63,815 bases of DNA, filler included, from Octopus bimaculoides (GCF_001194135.2; 8 parts of 7 records of this genome joined end to end with filler, not necessarily neighbours in it); one strand, 5' to 3'; counted from the whole stretch's first letter, positions 23,844 through 35,115 are shown. Notes: generated by a model not told the origin, from the sequence alone. Made by a program: numbers and translations.

Positions 23844-25319
23844 TTATAAGATCTCTGTACAGTTTAGCCTTATTGAATTATCTAACACTGGAGCAGTTGT
23901 TCCGGTCGGAGGGCAGTTGAGGTATCCTGTGCGCCAAATATCGTTCACATCTTGCATCATGTGTATGTATCTGTCATAAAAGATCCATTTAGGGACACGT
24001 GATTTGCGTGATGCTAAAAAGGACGACCATTTACTCCTTGTTTGGGTCTGAAAGTAAAACGGTCGTATTCTAAACTGTCTCGAAGATTTTGTCTTGCTTG
24101 CCCCAAATCGAGGAGATTGACAAAAAGCATAATTGTAATATATTTGTCCCATGGTTGTAAAGGCATCCATATGATACTTGAATACGAAATGGACGCTGTG
24201 TATAGTCTCGTTAACCCTTTCTAGACACATATCTGACCAATTAAAATTCATTGTATACGGTTCAACAATGTAACATTCTGAACGAAAACCCTGTTTAAAA
24301 GCCAGAATTGCAGGTTCACCATTGGGGCCGGCATCAGTAAAGGAGTAATCAAAGTTAATACTTTTGGAGCCCATAAATTCATATACGGTGCCTATCCGAA
24401 TCCATTCACTGTGCGGTTGGGTTGCCATTTTGATGTGAGGGTGGAAAGGGGGTGGACTAAAATATACACTTACATCGGAGAAATATCGATTGGCGTCCCA
24501 TCTCCCGTCAACGATTGGTTTTGGAATATTCAGCGGTGTTTCTCTGAAGTTGTCTTCGTTGTATCTCGTGTACTTAAATACATAGGATGCTTCCGCTAAA
24601 GCCAAGGCGAAGCCAACAAGAACGATACTGGATAGTAAACGGCTACGCCAAGCACACCTCTCGTTTATGTCTGTGTGTGAGTACTTCAAGAATTTTTTCC
24701 CACAACAGGCACAATGGCGGGACAAAACGACAAGGAGCTTGAAGATGACGACAATAATTCCACAGACTGCTCTTGTAAACTGTGCGCGTGTTACTGGTCG
24801 TTCTCTGCAATAAACTAGAGACACGTTCAGTCCCAGCTGTGGGATGTCTTCGAACCAAAGAGATATAGCAAGGGCTATATCTGGATTAATGAAATACCAC
24901 TTACAAGCAAACGATAGCAGATTCAGACTTTCCAGAATGGATAGAATCGTCCCAATGATGGAGAAGGCATAAAAAGACAAGACGATATTTTCACTGAAAC
25001 TTCCGAAGACCAGACCGACCTTATGGTCTCTAACCACTTGGTAAATCCACCAGTTAGCACCGATATCAATACAGTCGACGACAAGACAAATGAAGAAGAA
25101 GAGAAATTTTCGAGTTGAACAATAATCACTTTTAAACATCGAACGGGGCCTCCTGATAGGTGAATGGTTGGGAGTATAGCCGAGAGGTACAGCGAAACTT
25201 CCACCAATAACATTAATTCCTGGTTGGGGCATGCCTCCATGCATACCTAAATGCGGGGCCCCCGGTCGTAAATGAACCGGGGTAACCGCAGTCCGCATTG
25301 GATTAATTGGTCCCCGCAT
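23844..25319 (-). CDS. Uncharacterised multi-pass membrane protein, 491 aa, single coding exon (XK-related-like N-terminal helices plus C-terminal putative ectodomain)
   Basis: Only long, non-repetitive, uninterrupted ORF. AAA-ATG context with an in-frame TGA just upstream. Five hydrophobic segments (about aa 72-93, 112-137, 148-170, 184-200, 228-248), FEDIPQL motif, HCACC cluster, sequons N360/N370/N486. Confidence 0.9.
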   Translation of the reverse strand: MRGPINPMRTAVTPVHLRPGAPHLGMHGGMPQPGINVIGGSFAVPLGYTPNHSPIRRPRSMFKSDYCSTRKFLFFFICLVVDCIDIGANWWIYQVVRDHKVGLVFGSFSENIVLSFYAFSIIGTILSILESLNLLSFACKWYFINPDIALAISLWFEDIPQLGLNVSLVYCRERPVTRAQFTRAVCGIIVVIFKLLVVLSRHCACCGKKFLKYSHTDINERCAWRSRLLSSIVLVGFALALAEASYVFKYTRYNEDNFRETPLNIPKPIVDGRWDANRYFSDVSVYFSPPPFHPHIKMATQPHSEWIRIGTVYEFMGSKSINFDYSFTDAGPNGEPAILAFKQGFRSECYIVEPYTMNFNWSDMCLERVNETIHSVHFVFKYHMDAFTTMGQIYYNYAFCQSPRFGASKTKSSRQFRIRPFYFQTQTRSKWSSFLASRKSRVPKWIFYDRYIHMMQDVNDIWRTGYLNCPPTGTTAPVLDNSIRLNCTEIL

Positions 25320-25623
25320 TTTCGTGTTTTTCTTTCAATAAATAATCGCTTTTTTCTTCTTTTTTTTCACTTTTTTTTAATTGATGGTTTCTCACTAGAA
25401 ATTATTTTCTTTTACAAATTATATGAAGTCGAGATTCAGCTCCACTTTGAATGTTTTCGTACCGTTGTTTCTTATATATATAAATATATATATATAATCC
25501 TTGTGTAACCAAAGATGGACAATCTGTTTTCGTTTTCTTTTTTTTTCTGTTTCTTTGATTTTCTTTTTTTTTTTTTTTTTNNNNNNNNNNTTTTTTTTTT
25601 TTTTTCGTTAGGGAATAAGGTTT

Positions 25624-25719
25624 TCACGTGAAGTATTCCCACTGCTCTTTCAGCGCTTCCTTTTCAGACATGTTAGGGTTAGATGTCACTGAGAGACGAA
25701 ATATCACTGTACAGGTAAA
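25624..25719 (-). promoter_or_regulatory. Candidate splice acceptor and 15-codon uORF (MSEKEALKEQWEYFT) in the 5' leader of the gene
   Basis: Minus strand GTTTTTTTTTCTTTGTTCTTTTTCCAG ending at 25720; AAC-ATG at 25671 to TGA at 25624. Confidence 0.4.
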
Positions 25720-26039
25720 CTGGAAAAAGAACAAAGAAAAAAAAACAATACAGCAGGATAATATTAAAAAAAACGGGCGGTAATCATCTGTTGTTAAAGC
25801 AAATAATAAACAAATAGAACAAATATATATAAAATGGTACTTTAATATATAATCCACAGCCAAGAGATAATCTGATTTAGAGCTTAATTCAATGAAATTA
25901 TGTCGATGCATAACATTGTATGAACAAGAGCCTAATTGGAAAATATTCAGATTCAGTGAAATGTAATCGATGAGATGATGCGAGGTGAAGGCATAGAAGG
26001 AGGGAGTCAGATAAGGGTCTGCATCATTAAATTACCTTT

Positions 26040-26760
26040 CGTTATTATACGTTACGTTCTGAGTTCAAATCCCGCCGACGTCGACTTTGCCTTTCATCCT
26101 TTCGGGGTCGATAAATTAAGTACCAGCTGCGTACTGGGGTCGATGTAATCGACTAATCCCCTCTCCCAAATTTCAGGCCTTGTGCCTTTAGTAGAAAGGG
26201 TTATTATATTTAGTGGCAAAGCGGGGAGCTGGTAGAATCGTTAGCAGCCCGGACGAAATGCTTAACGGTATTTCGTCTGCCGCTACATTCTGAGTTCAAA
26301 TTCCGCCGAGGTCAAATTTGCCTTTCATCCTTTCGGAATCGATAAATTAAGTACCAGTTATGCATTGGGGTCGATGTAATCGACTATCCCCTTCCCACCA
26401 AATTTCTGGCTTTATGCTTTTAGTAGGAAGTTTTATTATTGTCATCATCATCATCATCATTATTATTATTATTATTATTATTAATATTATTATTGGCGAG
26501 CTGGCAGAATCGTAAGGCAGCGAGCTGGCCTAATCGTTAGCATGTCGGGCGACAGACATACCGGCAGTTCGGCTGCCGCTACACTCTGAGTTCAAATTCC
26601 GCCGAGGTCGAATTTGCCTTTCATCCTTTCGGAGTTGATAAATTAAGTACCAATTACGCACTGGGGTCGATGTAATCGACTTAGCCCCTTCCCTGAAACT
26701 GCTATCCTTGAGCCAAAATCTGAAATTATTATTATAATTATTGTTATTATTATTATTATT
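26040..26760 (+). mobile_element. Head-to-tail array of three SINE B1 copies
   Basis: Three repeats of GTTCTGAGTTCAAAT(T/C)CCGCCGA...GGGGTCGATGTAATCGACT, each followed by an ATT-rich tail. Confidence 0.92.
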
Positions 26761-26904
26761 ATATTTAGCGAATAAATATTTTTTATGGCACAAGGCGAGT
26801 AATTTTGAGGGAAGGCGGTCAGTCGATGACCTCCACTCTTGTACCTGACTGGCGTTTTTGAGTCTTTATTTTATCGATAACGTTGATCATGTTTGCCGCC
26901 TTTT

Positions 26905-28080
26905 GATTAATCAGTTATCTTTTACTAGTTTTAGCGGCTGGACTCCGTCCATGCTGGAGCACCGCCTTGAAGGGCTTCAAACGAACAAGTCAAACCCAGT
27001 ACTAAATTTTTTTTTTTTTTTTTTGGTGTGGTATTTATTCTATCGGTTATGAAGCTGTCGGGAGACAGACACAAGCATACGTACAATACAATCATATAGA
27101 CAGACAGACAGACAGACAGACAGATATATATTCAGATTGAGATATATATATATATATATATATACNNNNNNNNNNNNNNNNNNNNNNNNNNNNNNNNNNN
27201 NNNNNNNNNNNNNNNNNNNNNNNNNNNNNNNNNNNNNNNNNNNNNNNNNNNNNNNNNNNNNNNNNNNNNNNNNNNNNNNNNNNNNNNNNNNNNNNNNNNN
27301 NNNNNNNNNNNNNNNNNNNNNNNNNNNNNNNNNNNNNNNNNNNNNNNNNNNNNNNNNNNNNNNNNNNNNNNNNNNNNNNNNNNNNNNNNNNNNNNNNNNN
27401 NNNNNNNNNNNNNNNNNNNNNNNNNNNNNNNNNNNNNNNNNNNNNNNNNNNNNNNNNNNNNNNNNNNNNNNNNNNNNNNNNNNNNNNNNNNNNNNNNNNN
27501 NNNNNNNNNNNNNNNNNNNNNNNNNNNNNNNNNNNNNNNNNNNNNNNNNNNNNNNNNNNNNNNNNNNNNNNNNNNNNNNNNNNNNNNNNNNNNNNNNNNN
27601 NNNNNNNNNNNNNNNNNNNNNNNNNNNNNNNNNNNNNNNNNNNNNNNNNNNNNNNNNNNNNNNNNNNNNNNNNNNNNNNNNNNNNNNNNNNNNNNNNNNN
27701 NNNNNNNNNNNNNNNNNNNNNNNNNNNNNNNNNNNNNNNNNNNNNNNNNNNNNNNNNNNNNNNNNNNNNNNNNNNNNNNNNNNNNNNNNNNNNNNNNNNN
27801 NNNNNNNNNNNNNNNNNNNNNNNNNNNNNNNNNNNNNNNNNNNNNNNNNNNNNNNNNNNNNNNNNNNNNNNNNNNNNNNNNNNNNNNNNNNNNNNNNNNN
27901 NNNNNNNNNNNNNNNNNNNNNNNNNNNNNNATGCGAATGGAATTTCTACATAGATTCTGCCCACCAAATCCACTCACAATGCACAAAACACTTGCCCAAT
28001 GTGTCGCGAAGAGTGGAACTGGATCCAAAACTGCCTGGTTGCAAAGCATGCTTCTTAACCTCACAGCCATGCCTCCGCCT
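26905..28080 (-). mobile_element. Diverged SINE A halves on either side of a gap
   Basis: 3' half at 26905-27100 and 5' half at 27950-28080. Confidence 0.65.
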
Positions 28081-28184
28081 ATATACAGCCAGATAAAATT
28101 AATGACTAATTATAGTTTTAATCAACTCGAAATTACCAATCTTGCTGAGGGCTTTCTTTTTTTTTTTTTTTCTTTTTTCAGTAA

Positions 28185-28690
28185 CAGAAGTGGGCGTGTC
28201 TGTGTTGTAAGAAGCTCGCTTCTCGACCACGTGGTCCCGGGCTTAGATGTTTCCTACTATAGACCAAAGCTTTGTAAGTGGATCTGGTAGATGAAACCTG
28301 AAAGAAGCCCGTCATGTGTGTGTGAGCGCGCGCGTGCGGGTGTTTGTGTTTGCTCCGCCACCAACATTTCTTGGTGTATTTAAGTCCCTATAACTTAGCG
28401 GTTCGGCAAGGGAAGGTACCAGTTGAGAACCGGGATCGATGTAATCGTGTAGCACCCTTCCCTCAAAATCTCAGGTCTTGTGCTTATAGTAGAAAAGATT
28501 ATTAACAAAATGCTTAGAGCCATTCCGCCCGTTTTCAGGTCCTGAGTTCAAATTGCGCCGAAGTCGACTTGGTCATTCATCCTTTCTGGATCGATAAAAT
28601 ATGGTACCAGCCAAGTACTAGGAGCGATGTAATCGACTCACCCGCCTCACTTCAAAATTTCTGGCCTTGTGCTTAAATCAGAAACAATTT
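28185..28690 (+). mobile_element. Diverged SINE A joined to two SINE B1 fragments
   Basis: A head and body at 28185-28410 run into B-type GTACCAG...GATCGATGTAATCG; a second B copy at 28505-28690. Confidence 0.7.
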
Positions 28691-28854
28691 TGAAAACACT
28701 TGCGTGAAGAATCTATCAGGAATTATGCTTGGAAAGATTATTGATCATTGGATTACGATCTATTGATCCAGCCATGACCACCTCGGTTTTAGGACAACTT
28801 AAGAGATAAAATAACAAACTTAGGAGACAATAGTTTTATTGATTCACAGATTTT

Positions 28855-29062
28855 CGTTTTTCTTGCTTTTTACACTGTCTCAAGCATTAGACTGCGGCCA
28901 TGCTGGGGCACCGCCTTGAAAAGTTTTTAGTCGAATGAATCGACTCCAGTACTCTTTTTTTATTTGAAGTCTGGTACCTATTTTATCGGTTCTTTTGCCG
29001 AACCGCTAAGTTACGGGGACGTAAACATACTACCACTGGCTGGAAAGTGGTGGTAGAGACAA

Positions 29063-29094
<32 letters not shown>

Positions 29095-29269
29095 TCTTTT
29101 CTACTCCAGGCACAAGGCCCAAAATTTTGGGGGAGGGGGCCAGTCGATTAGATCTACCTCAGTATGCAACTGGTACTTAATTTATCGACTCCGAAAGGAT
29201 GAAAGGCAAAGTCGACCTCGGTGGAATTTGAACTCAGAACATAAAGACTACTAAGAATTCCGCCCGGCG

Positions 29270-29305
<36 letters not shown>

Positions 29306-29398
29306 AGACATTGCCCAAGGTAGCATGCAGTGGGACTGAACCCGGAACCATGTGGTTGTGAAGCAAGCTTCTTACCACACAGCCACGCCTGCGCCTAT
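28855..29398 (-). mobile_element. SINE A with a 5'-truncated SINE B1 (29098-29273) nested in its microsatellite
   Basis: A 3' half at 28855-29090, B1, (AT)n, A head at 29305-29398. Confidence 0.85.
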
Positions 29399-29554
29399 AT
29401 TGAGACTCATCTTGCTGCAATTAATAAATTCAGTCTAAGAAGACATTTGCATTTAAAGTTGTGCCCCATGATCAAGGAGTGAGATTCTTCATCAGTTCAA
29501 CCATTTCCTTTCAGCTTGAAGGGTTACGTGTATCTTTTATCTATCACCCTGTTA

Positions 29555-29735
29555 CTTGTTTCAGTTGTTAGACTGCGACCATGCTGGGGCACCGCTTTAA
29601 AGAACTCTTAGGTCGCTCAGTACATTTTTTTTTTTTGGTAAGCCTGATACTTATTTTCTCACACTTTTATGCTGAACCGCTAAGTTATGGAGACGTAAAA
29701 CACACCAACACCAACTATCAAGCGGTGGTGAAGGA

Positions 29736-29793
<58 letters not shown>
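29555..29793 (-). mobile_element. SINE A 3' half
   Basis: GACTGCGACCATGCTGGGGCACCGC ... GGACAAACACACAC. Confidence 0.8.
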
Positions 29794-30167
29794 NNNNNNN
29801 NNNNNNNNNNNNNNNNNNNNNNNNNNNNNNNNNNNNNTTAATTAATTAANNNNNNNNNNNNNNNNNNNNNNNNNNNNNNNNNNNNNNNNNNNNTGTCAAA
29901 TGAATCACCAAAATTGGCCTTTCATTATTTATAATCTGTACCTGTTTGTTTGGTTACGAAATAAAATACACAAAACGTGTTTCTGAATTACGTGTATTTA
30001 CTTTATATAGATATGAGTTGAAAACTTTCTTCTAGCATTCCACTTAATGTCTATGTTCCATGCTGGCATGGATTGGAGAGTTATTAAGGTAGAAATATGG
30101 TATCGTAGCTACTAACAGTTGAGGGTTGCGTAGTCTAGACGGCGTTTTTAGATTTCATTATTCTCTT

Positions 30168-30199
30168 TAACCCGAGCAAAGCCGGGTATTTCTGCTAGT
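30168..30199 (+). mobile_element. Helitron-like 3' terminus (hairpin + CTAG-T)
   Basis: ACCCG-AGCAAAGC-CGGGT hairpin followed by CTAG|T at 30195-30199. Confidence 0.5.
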
Positions 30200-30604
30200 T
30201 ATCAATATAAATGTAAATTTGTAACCCGGATATAGAAACTGGAGGTTTCGAAGCAGTTGTCTATAGTTATTTTCTTTCTCTTTGACCTCTATGATGGTAC
30301 ATACTTTTTTCTGGTCTGTCCCAAATAACAATATCCGGCATGTTATTCTTACACTTGACAGATGTTTTGATAAAAATATTCCAGCAGTTTTCCTTGAGAT
30401 ATTTGTGCACGTATTCAATAACAGGGGGAATTCTCTATATTTATTCCAGGACAGTCTTTTTCCTGAATGACATTGTCATTTGTTTTTCTGCGACGTCATG
30501 TCGCATAAGGAGGTCGTATCTTCATGACATTTTAAGGCAGCTACTAATCACGTGTGATGTCTTCCTCAGAAATATAACATAATCTACATTTACGCTTGTA
30601 TCTT

Positions 30605-30833
30605 ATTTCTTTATTGCCCACAAAGGGCTAAAAATAGAGGGGGCAAACAAGGACAGACAAAGGGATTAAGTTGGTTACATCGACCCCGGTGCGTAACTGG
30701 TACTTTATTTATCGACCCCGAAAGGATGAAAGGCAAAGTCGACCTCAGCGGAATTTGAACTCAGAACGTAGCGACAGACGAAACACCGCTAAGCATTTCG
30801 CCCGGCGCGCTACCGATTCTGCCAGCTCACCGC
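30605..30833 (-). mobile_element. SINE B2
   Basis: Full head and tail; near-TSD CTTGTATCTT/CTTGCATCTT (30595-30604, 30834-30843). Confidence 0.92.
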
Positions 30834-31238
30834 CTTGCATCTTGGAACTCCAAAGGCTTCGCTGTCTCTTTTGATATTTAGTAGCAATCTCCTGTTCTTG
30901 AATTGCAAATGCACAGCCTTCGAAGTGTAATGTGACTTAGCGGTCACGAGTCCAAGAGAGGCTTCGCTTCATGTCAATGTTACTATCTTCATCAAGTTTA
31001 TGAGAAACATACCCAAATATTCTGGGGTTTTTTTTTTGTATGTTGGGTGTTTCACTTCCAGATCTTCTTTGAGGTATGCTAGTCCAGCTGATTTGGGTTC
31101 GTATTGGAGGTCATCAGGAAGAGAGTACTTCTTGAGGAGCTCACTTCCAACACGTAGGATATTGTTTTCTTCACTTTTCAGCACTAAGTTAATGTCATTT
31201 ATTTTTTCTGCTGTTGTTTAGCAAGATCTGTCTGAGAG

Positions 31239-31459
31239 CTGGCAGAAACGTTAGCACGCCGGGCGAAATATTTAGCGGTATTTCGTCTGCCGTTACGTTC
31301 TGAGTTCAAACTCCGCCGAGGTCGACTTTGCCTTTCATCCTTTCGGGGTCGATAAATTAAGTACCAGTTACGAACTGGGGTCGATGTAATCGACTTGATC
31401 CCTTTGTCTGTCCTTGTTTGTCCCATCTGTGTTTAGCCCCTTGTGAGCAATAAAGAAAT
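31239..31459 (+). mobile_element. SINE B2
   Basis: 16-bp duplication AAGATCTGTCTGAGAG at 31223-31238 and 31460-31475. Confidence 0.93.
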
Positions 31460-31724
31460 AAGATCTGTCTGAGAGAGACAATGCGACATCCGAAGGCTGT
31501 CTGCACTGATCTCAAGCCTCTACCTCCATAATCTCTTCTTAGGTAGAGCCTGTCGACATCACTATTTTTGTGGAGATTTCCACTTGATGTTAGAATCTTA
31601 TAGGTTTTGTTGTCTATGGAGTGGATTTCATCTACAGACCAGTTAAGTATCCCAGGACTGGTTCTGCAAATGCATTGCGGGATATTATTTTGTTGTAAAA
31701 GGAGAGTGCAGACTGTCATATTGT

Positions 31725-31787
31725 ATGTATATATGTATGTAAGTATGTATGTATGTATGTATGTATGTATGTATGTATGTATGTATG

Positions 31788-31818
<31 letters not shown>

Positions 31819-31836
31819 GTATGTATGTATGTATGT
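31725..31836. repeat. (TATG)n microsatellite
   Basis: Direct reading. Confidence 0.95.
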
Positions 31837-32134
31837 AGTTCTTTTCTGCTTTAAATTCTTCCTCTGAAGAAGCTGGTTTCTAGCAAAGATACAAAGCTCC
31901 ATCGTTGAATTGTAGATAAAAAAAACAATGTCACATTTTAAACTTGACAAAAGTCTTGCATATTTTTACTGTTCCACTTACAGATTGTATGTGTAATGTG
32001 CGAGTTAATCGGTTGGTTTCTTTTTCTGAAAACTATAGCTTATCCAGATTGTCACTTAGGCATTTACTCGCGTATGTATGTATGTATGTATGTATGTATG
32101 TATGTATGTATGTATTTGTGTATGTGCATGTATG

Positions 32135-32245
32135 TATGTCATTATTCAGTATCATTTCAATATTTCTTGCCAATAGAGAAAGAGCCGGTTTTTAACCTAG
32201 AACCAAGGATCCTTCATTGGAATTTCAACATCAACAAGGTATTTT
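32135..32245 (-). mobile_element. Short repeat 'D2' embedded in (TATG)n; second copy at 49190-49305
   Basis: ATTTCTTGCCAA-AGAGAAAGA-CCGGTTT...CCTTCATTGGAATTTCAACATCAACA occurs twice. Confidence 0.8.
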
Positions 32246-32329
32246 TGTTTGTTTGTTTGTATGTATGTATGTATGTATGTATGTATGTATGCATGTATGC
32301 ATAAAATAGATATTTACAAGAAAACCACA

Positions 32330-32600
32330 GTTTGACAAATAAGGTTTTTTTTAGTTTAATTCTTTAATGGAAAGAGAAAGTATCTTAACGCTTCAGACGT
32401 TCGTCCTTCACCAGAAGAAAGAAATAAAGAAGCATGGGAGATTGAGAATCAAGTACTATTTTGATGCGATTAAAGACAAAATGAAATACTAAAAATGAAA
32501 TTTAAAAAAACATCGTAACTCATACACCTCAAGTGCAGGATAGTGAATAAATGCCTCATTGTAAATTGGTGAGAAAGAAAAGAAAGAAAACAAACACTTT
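32330..32600 (-). mobile_element. Penelope-like terminal fragment with a degenerate hammerhead (32383-32418)
   Basis: UCUU-CUGGUGA-A-GGAC-GAAC-GUCU-GAAG-CGUU-AAGA. Confidence 0.6.
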
Positions 32601-32630
32601 AGAATAAAAAATATAAGAAAACTATTATTA

Positions 32631-33140
32631 TATAGGCTGCATGGTTAAGAAACTTGTTTTGCAACCACCTGCTCTCGGGTTCAGTTCCACTGCGTGGCAT
32701 GTTGGGCAACTGTGTTCTATTATAAACCCGAGCCGACCAATGCCTTGAGAGTGAATTTGGTAAATGGAAACTACATGGAAGCCCGTCATTTACACACACA
32801 CACACACAAATATATTATATACATATATATGTATGCATATATATATGTCTGTATATATGAATGTATATATGTATGTATATATATATGTATATATATATAT
32901 GTGTGTATATATATATATATGTGTGTGTATATATATATATATACGTGTGTGTGTATATGCGTGTGTATTTGTGTCTGTATTTCTCCCTCCCCACCCACCA
33001 TTTGACGACTGGTGTAGGTTTCTTTACGTCCCCTAAACTTAGCGGTTCGGCACAAGACACCGACAGAATAAGTACCAAGTTTTAAAAAGAGTAGTGGTGT
33101 CGATTCATTCGACTAAAAGTTCTTCAAGTAAAAGATAAAA
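32631..33140 (+). mobile_element. SINE A, diverged full-length copy with expanded internal microsatellite
   Basis: Head GGCTGCATGGTTAAG, CORE-like TTGGGCAACTG, body ACTTAGCGGTTCGGC. Confidence 0.85.
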
Positions 33141-34226
33141 GATAGAAGATAATCGGCTAAATCCATCTTTAAGAGCAACGGATTTAGTATAACAATATTA
33201 TAAACAATATTTCACTCATATTTTGTATTCAAGCAATAACGGATTTTTCATTAACTTAACACATATTTCCGATGGTTTGGATAAACAGATCTTTTAATTT
33301 AATTTAATTAAAATAATGTATCACAATTACGTAATTACATATTTAATACGTTTATCCTAATGATACAGCTGTTGAACACACAGTATAAATACGTGGAATT
33401 TATGCTTTTCTATATTTATTTTGTTTCATAGAAGTAACTTGGGTTTGAAGAAAATAATAAAAGAATCGCATCTATATACATTTGGGATTTCCACAAAGAT
33501 ACCTTTCTAGTTCTTTGTATTCTTTCATCCACTTCACTTGAAAAAAAATTGCTGCATCTCGATTTTCAGGATTAAACACTAGATCCATAATTTCCTGACC
33601 CGAAAAATCTTGATTAATTAGATATCATTGACAACTGCTAATCATTGATATTTTTAACTTCGAGGCTAAAACATGGATTTGTTTACGCACGTATTTATTA
33701 TTATTATTATTATTTTTTTGTATTATTTGTAATATTATTTCTTTTGCGACTTGCCTAACATTATAAACCATCAACATTCTCATTATCAGAAATTAAATCG
33801 TTAAACAGAACACACAGAAATTGTTGCCATATTCTCAATAGTAATAAAACACGTTGGCCAATTATTGTAAGGGAGATAATCATTTCTAGATAAATCTTGG
33901 AAGGATTAAAAGTTTCAATTTTTAATCGAAGACCGTTCAAGAAGATGTATAGCATATGCATATTTAATTTTTTCAAATTCAGTACAAGGATCTTAAAATT
34001 TCTAGTCATAGGTAATCATGTATAGCACCATTTCATTCTTATTAGAAATCGCCAGAAAGCAAAGGAAATGCAAAGAGGTAATTTTTAATAGTAAATCGAC
34101 ATTGAAAGTTCGGGATAGATGATCGAGACTTCTTTAGTCTTGAACACAACTGTCCGGCGAACGGGAACGTGAAACTCTGAGTAACAGTTTTCGGTGATGT
34201 TTTTGCAACTTTAATGAAGAAAAAGG

Positions 34227-34277
<51 letters not shown>

Positions 34278-35055
34278 NNNNNNNNNNNNNNNNNNNNNNN
34301 NNNNNNNNNNNNNNNNNNNNNNNNNNNNNNNNNNNNNNNNNNNNNNNNNNNNNNNNNNNNNNNNNNNNNNNNNNNNNNNNNNNNNNNNNNNNNNNNNNNN
34401 NNNNNNNNNNNNNNNNNNNNNNNNNNNNNNNNNNNNNNNNNNNNNNNNNNNNNNNNNNNNNNNNNNNNNNNNNNNNNNNNNNNNNNNNNNNNNNNNNNNN
34501 NNNNNNNNNNNNNNNNNNNNNNNNNNNNNNNNNNNNNNNNNNNNNNNNNNNNNNNNNNNNNNNNNNNNNNNNNNNNNNNNNNNNNNNNNNNNNNNNNNNN
34601 NNNNNNNNNNNNNNNNNNNNNNNNNNNNNNNNNNNNNNNNNNNNNNNNNNNNNNNNNNNNNNNNNNNNNNNNNNNNNNNNNNNNNNNNNNNNNNNNNNNN
34701 NNNNNNNNNNNNNNNNNNNNNNNNNNNNNNNNNNNNNNNNNNNNNNNNNNNNNNNNNNNNNNNNNNNNNNNNNNNNNNNNNNNNNNNNNNNNNNNNNNNN
34801 NNNNNNNNNNNNNNNNNNNNNNNNNNNNNNNNNNNNNNNNNNNNNNNNNNNNNNNNNNNNNNNNNNNNNNNNNNNNNNNNNNNNNNNNNNNNNNNNNNNN
34901 NNNNNNNNNNNNNNNNNNNNNNNNNNNNNNNNNNNNNNNNNNNNNNNNNNNNNNNNNNNNNNNNNNNNNNNNNNNNNNNNNNNNNNNNNNNNNNNNNNNN
35001 NNNNNNNNNNNNNNNNNNNNNNNNNNGGACTGGGGCAACGTGAAATGAAGTGAAA

Positions 35056-35057
<2 letters not shown>

Positions 35058-35115
<58 letters not shown>

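Larger units (their letters stand above)
30200..31720 (-). mobile_element. R4/Dong-like RLE LINE 3' fragment interrupted by two SINE B2 copies
   Basis: LHKNSDVDRLYLRRDYGGRGL, FAIQEQEIATKY, KCRLCYISEEDITHVISSC, NNMPDIVIWDR. Confidence 0.88.

Noticed and set aside
26040-26760. Regularly repeated units resembling a CRISPR or satellite array
   Set aside because: They are SINE copies in eukaryotic DNA; no spacer-repeat architecture and no cas genes.
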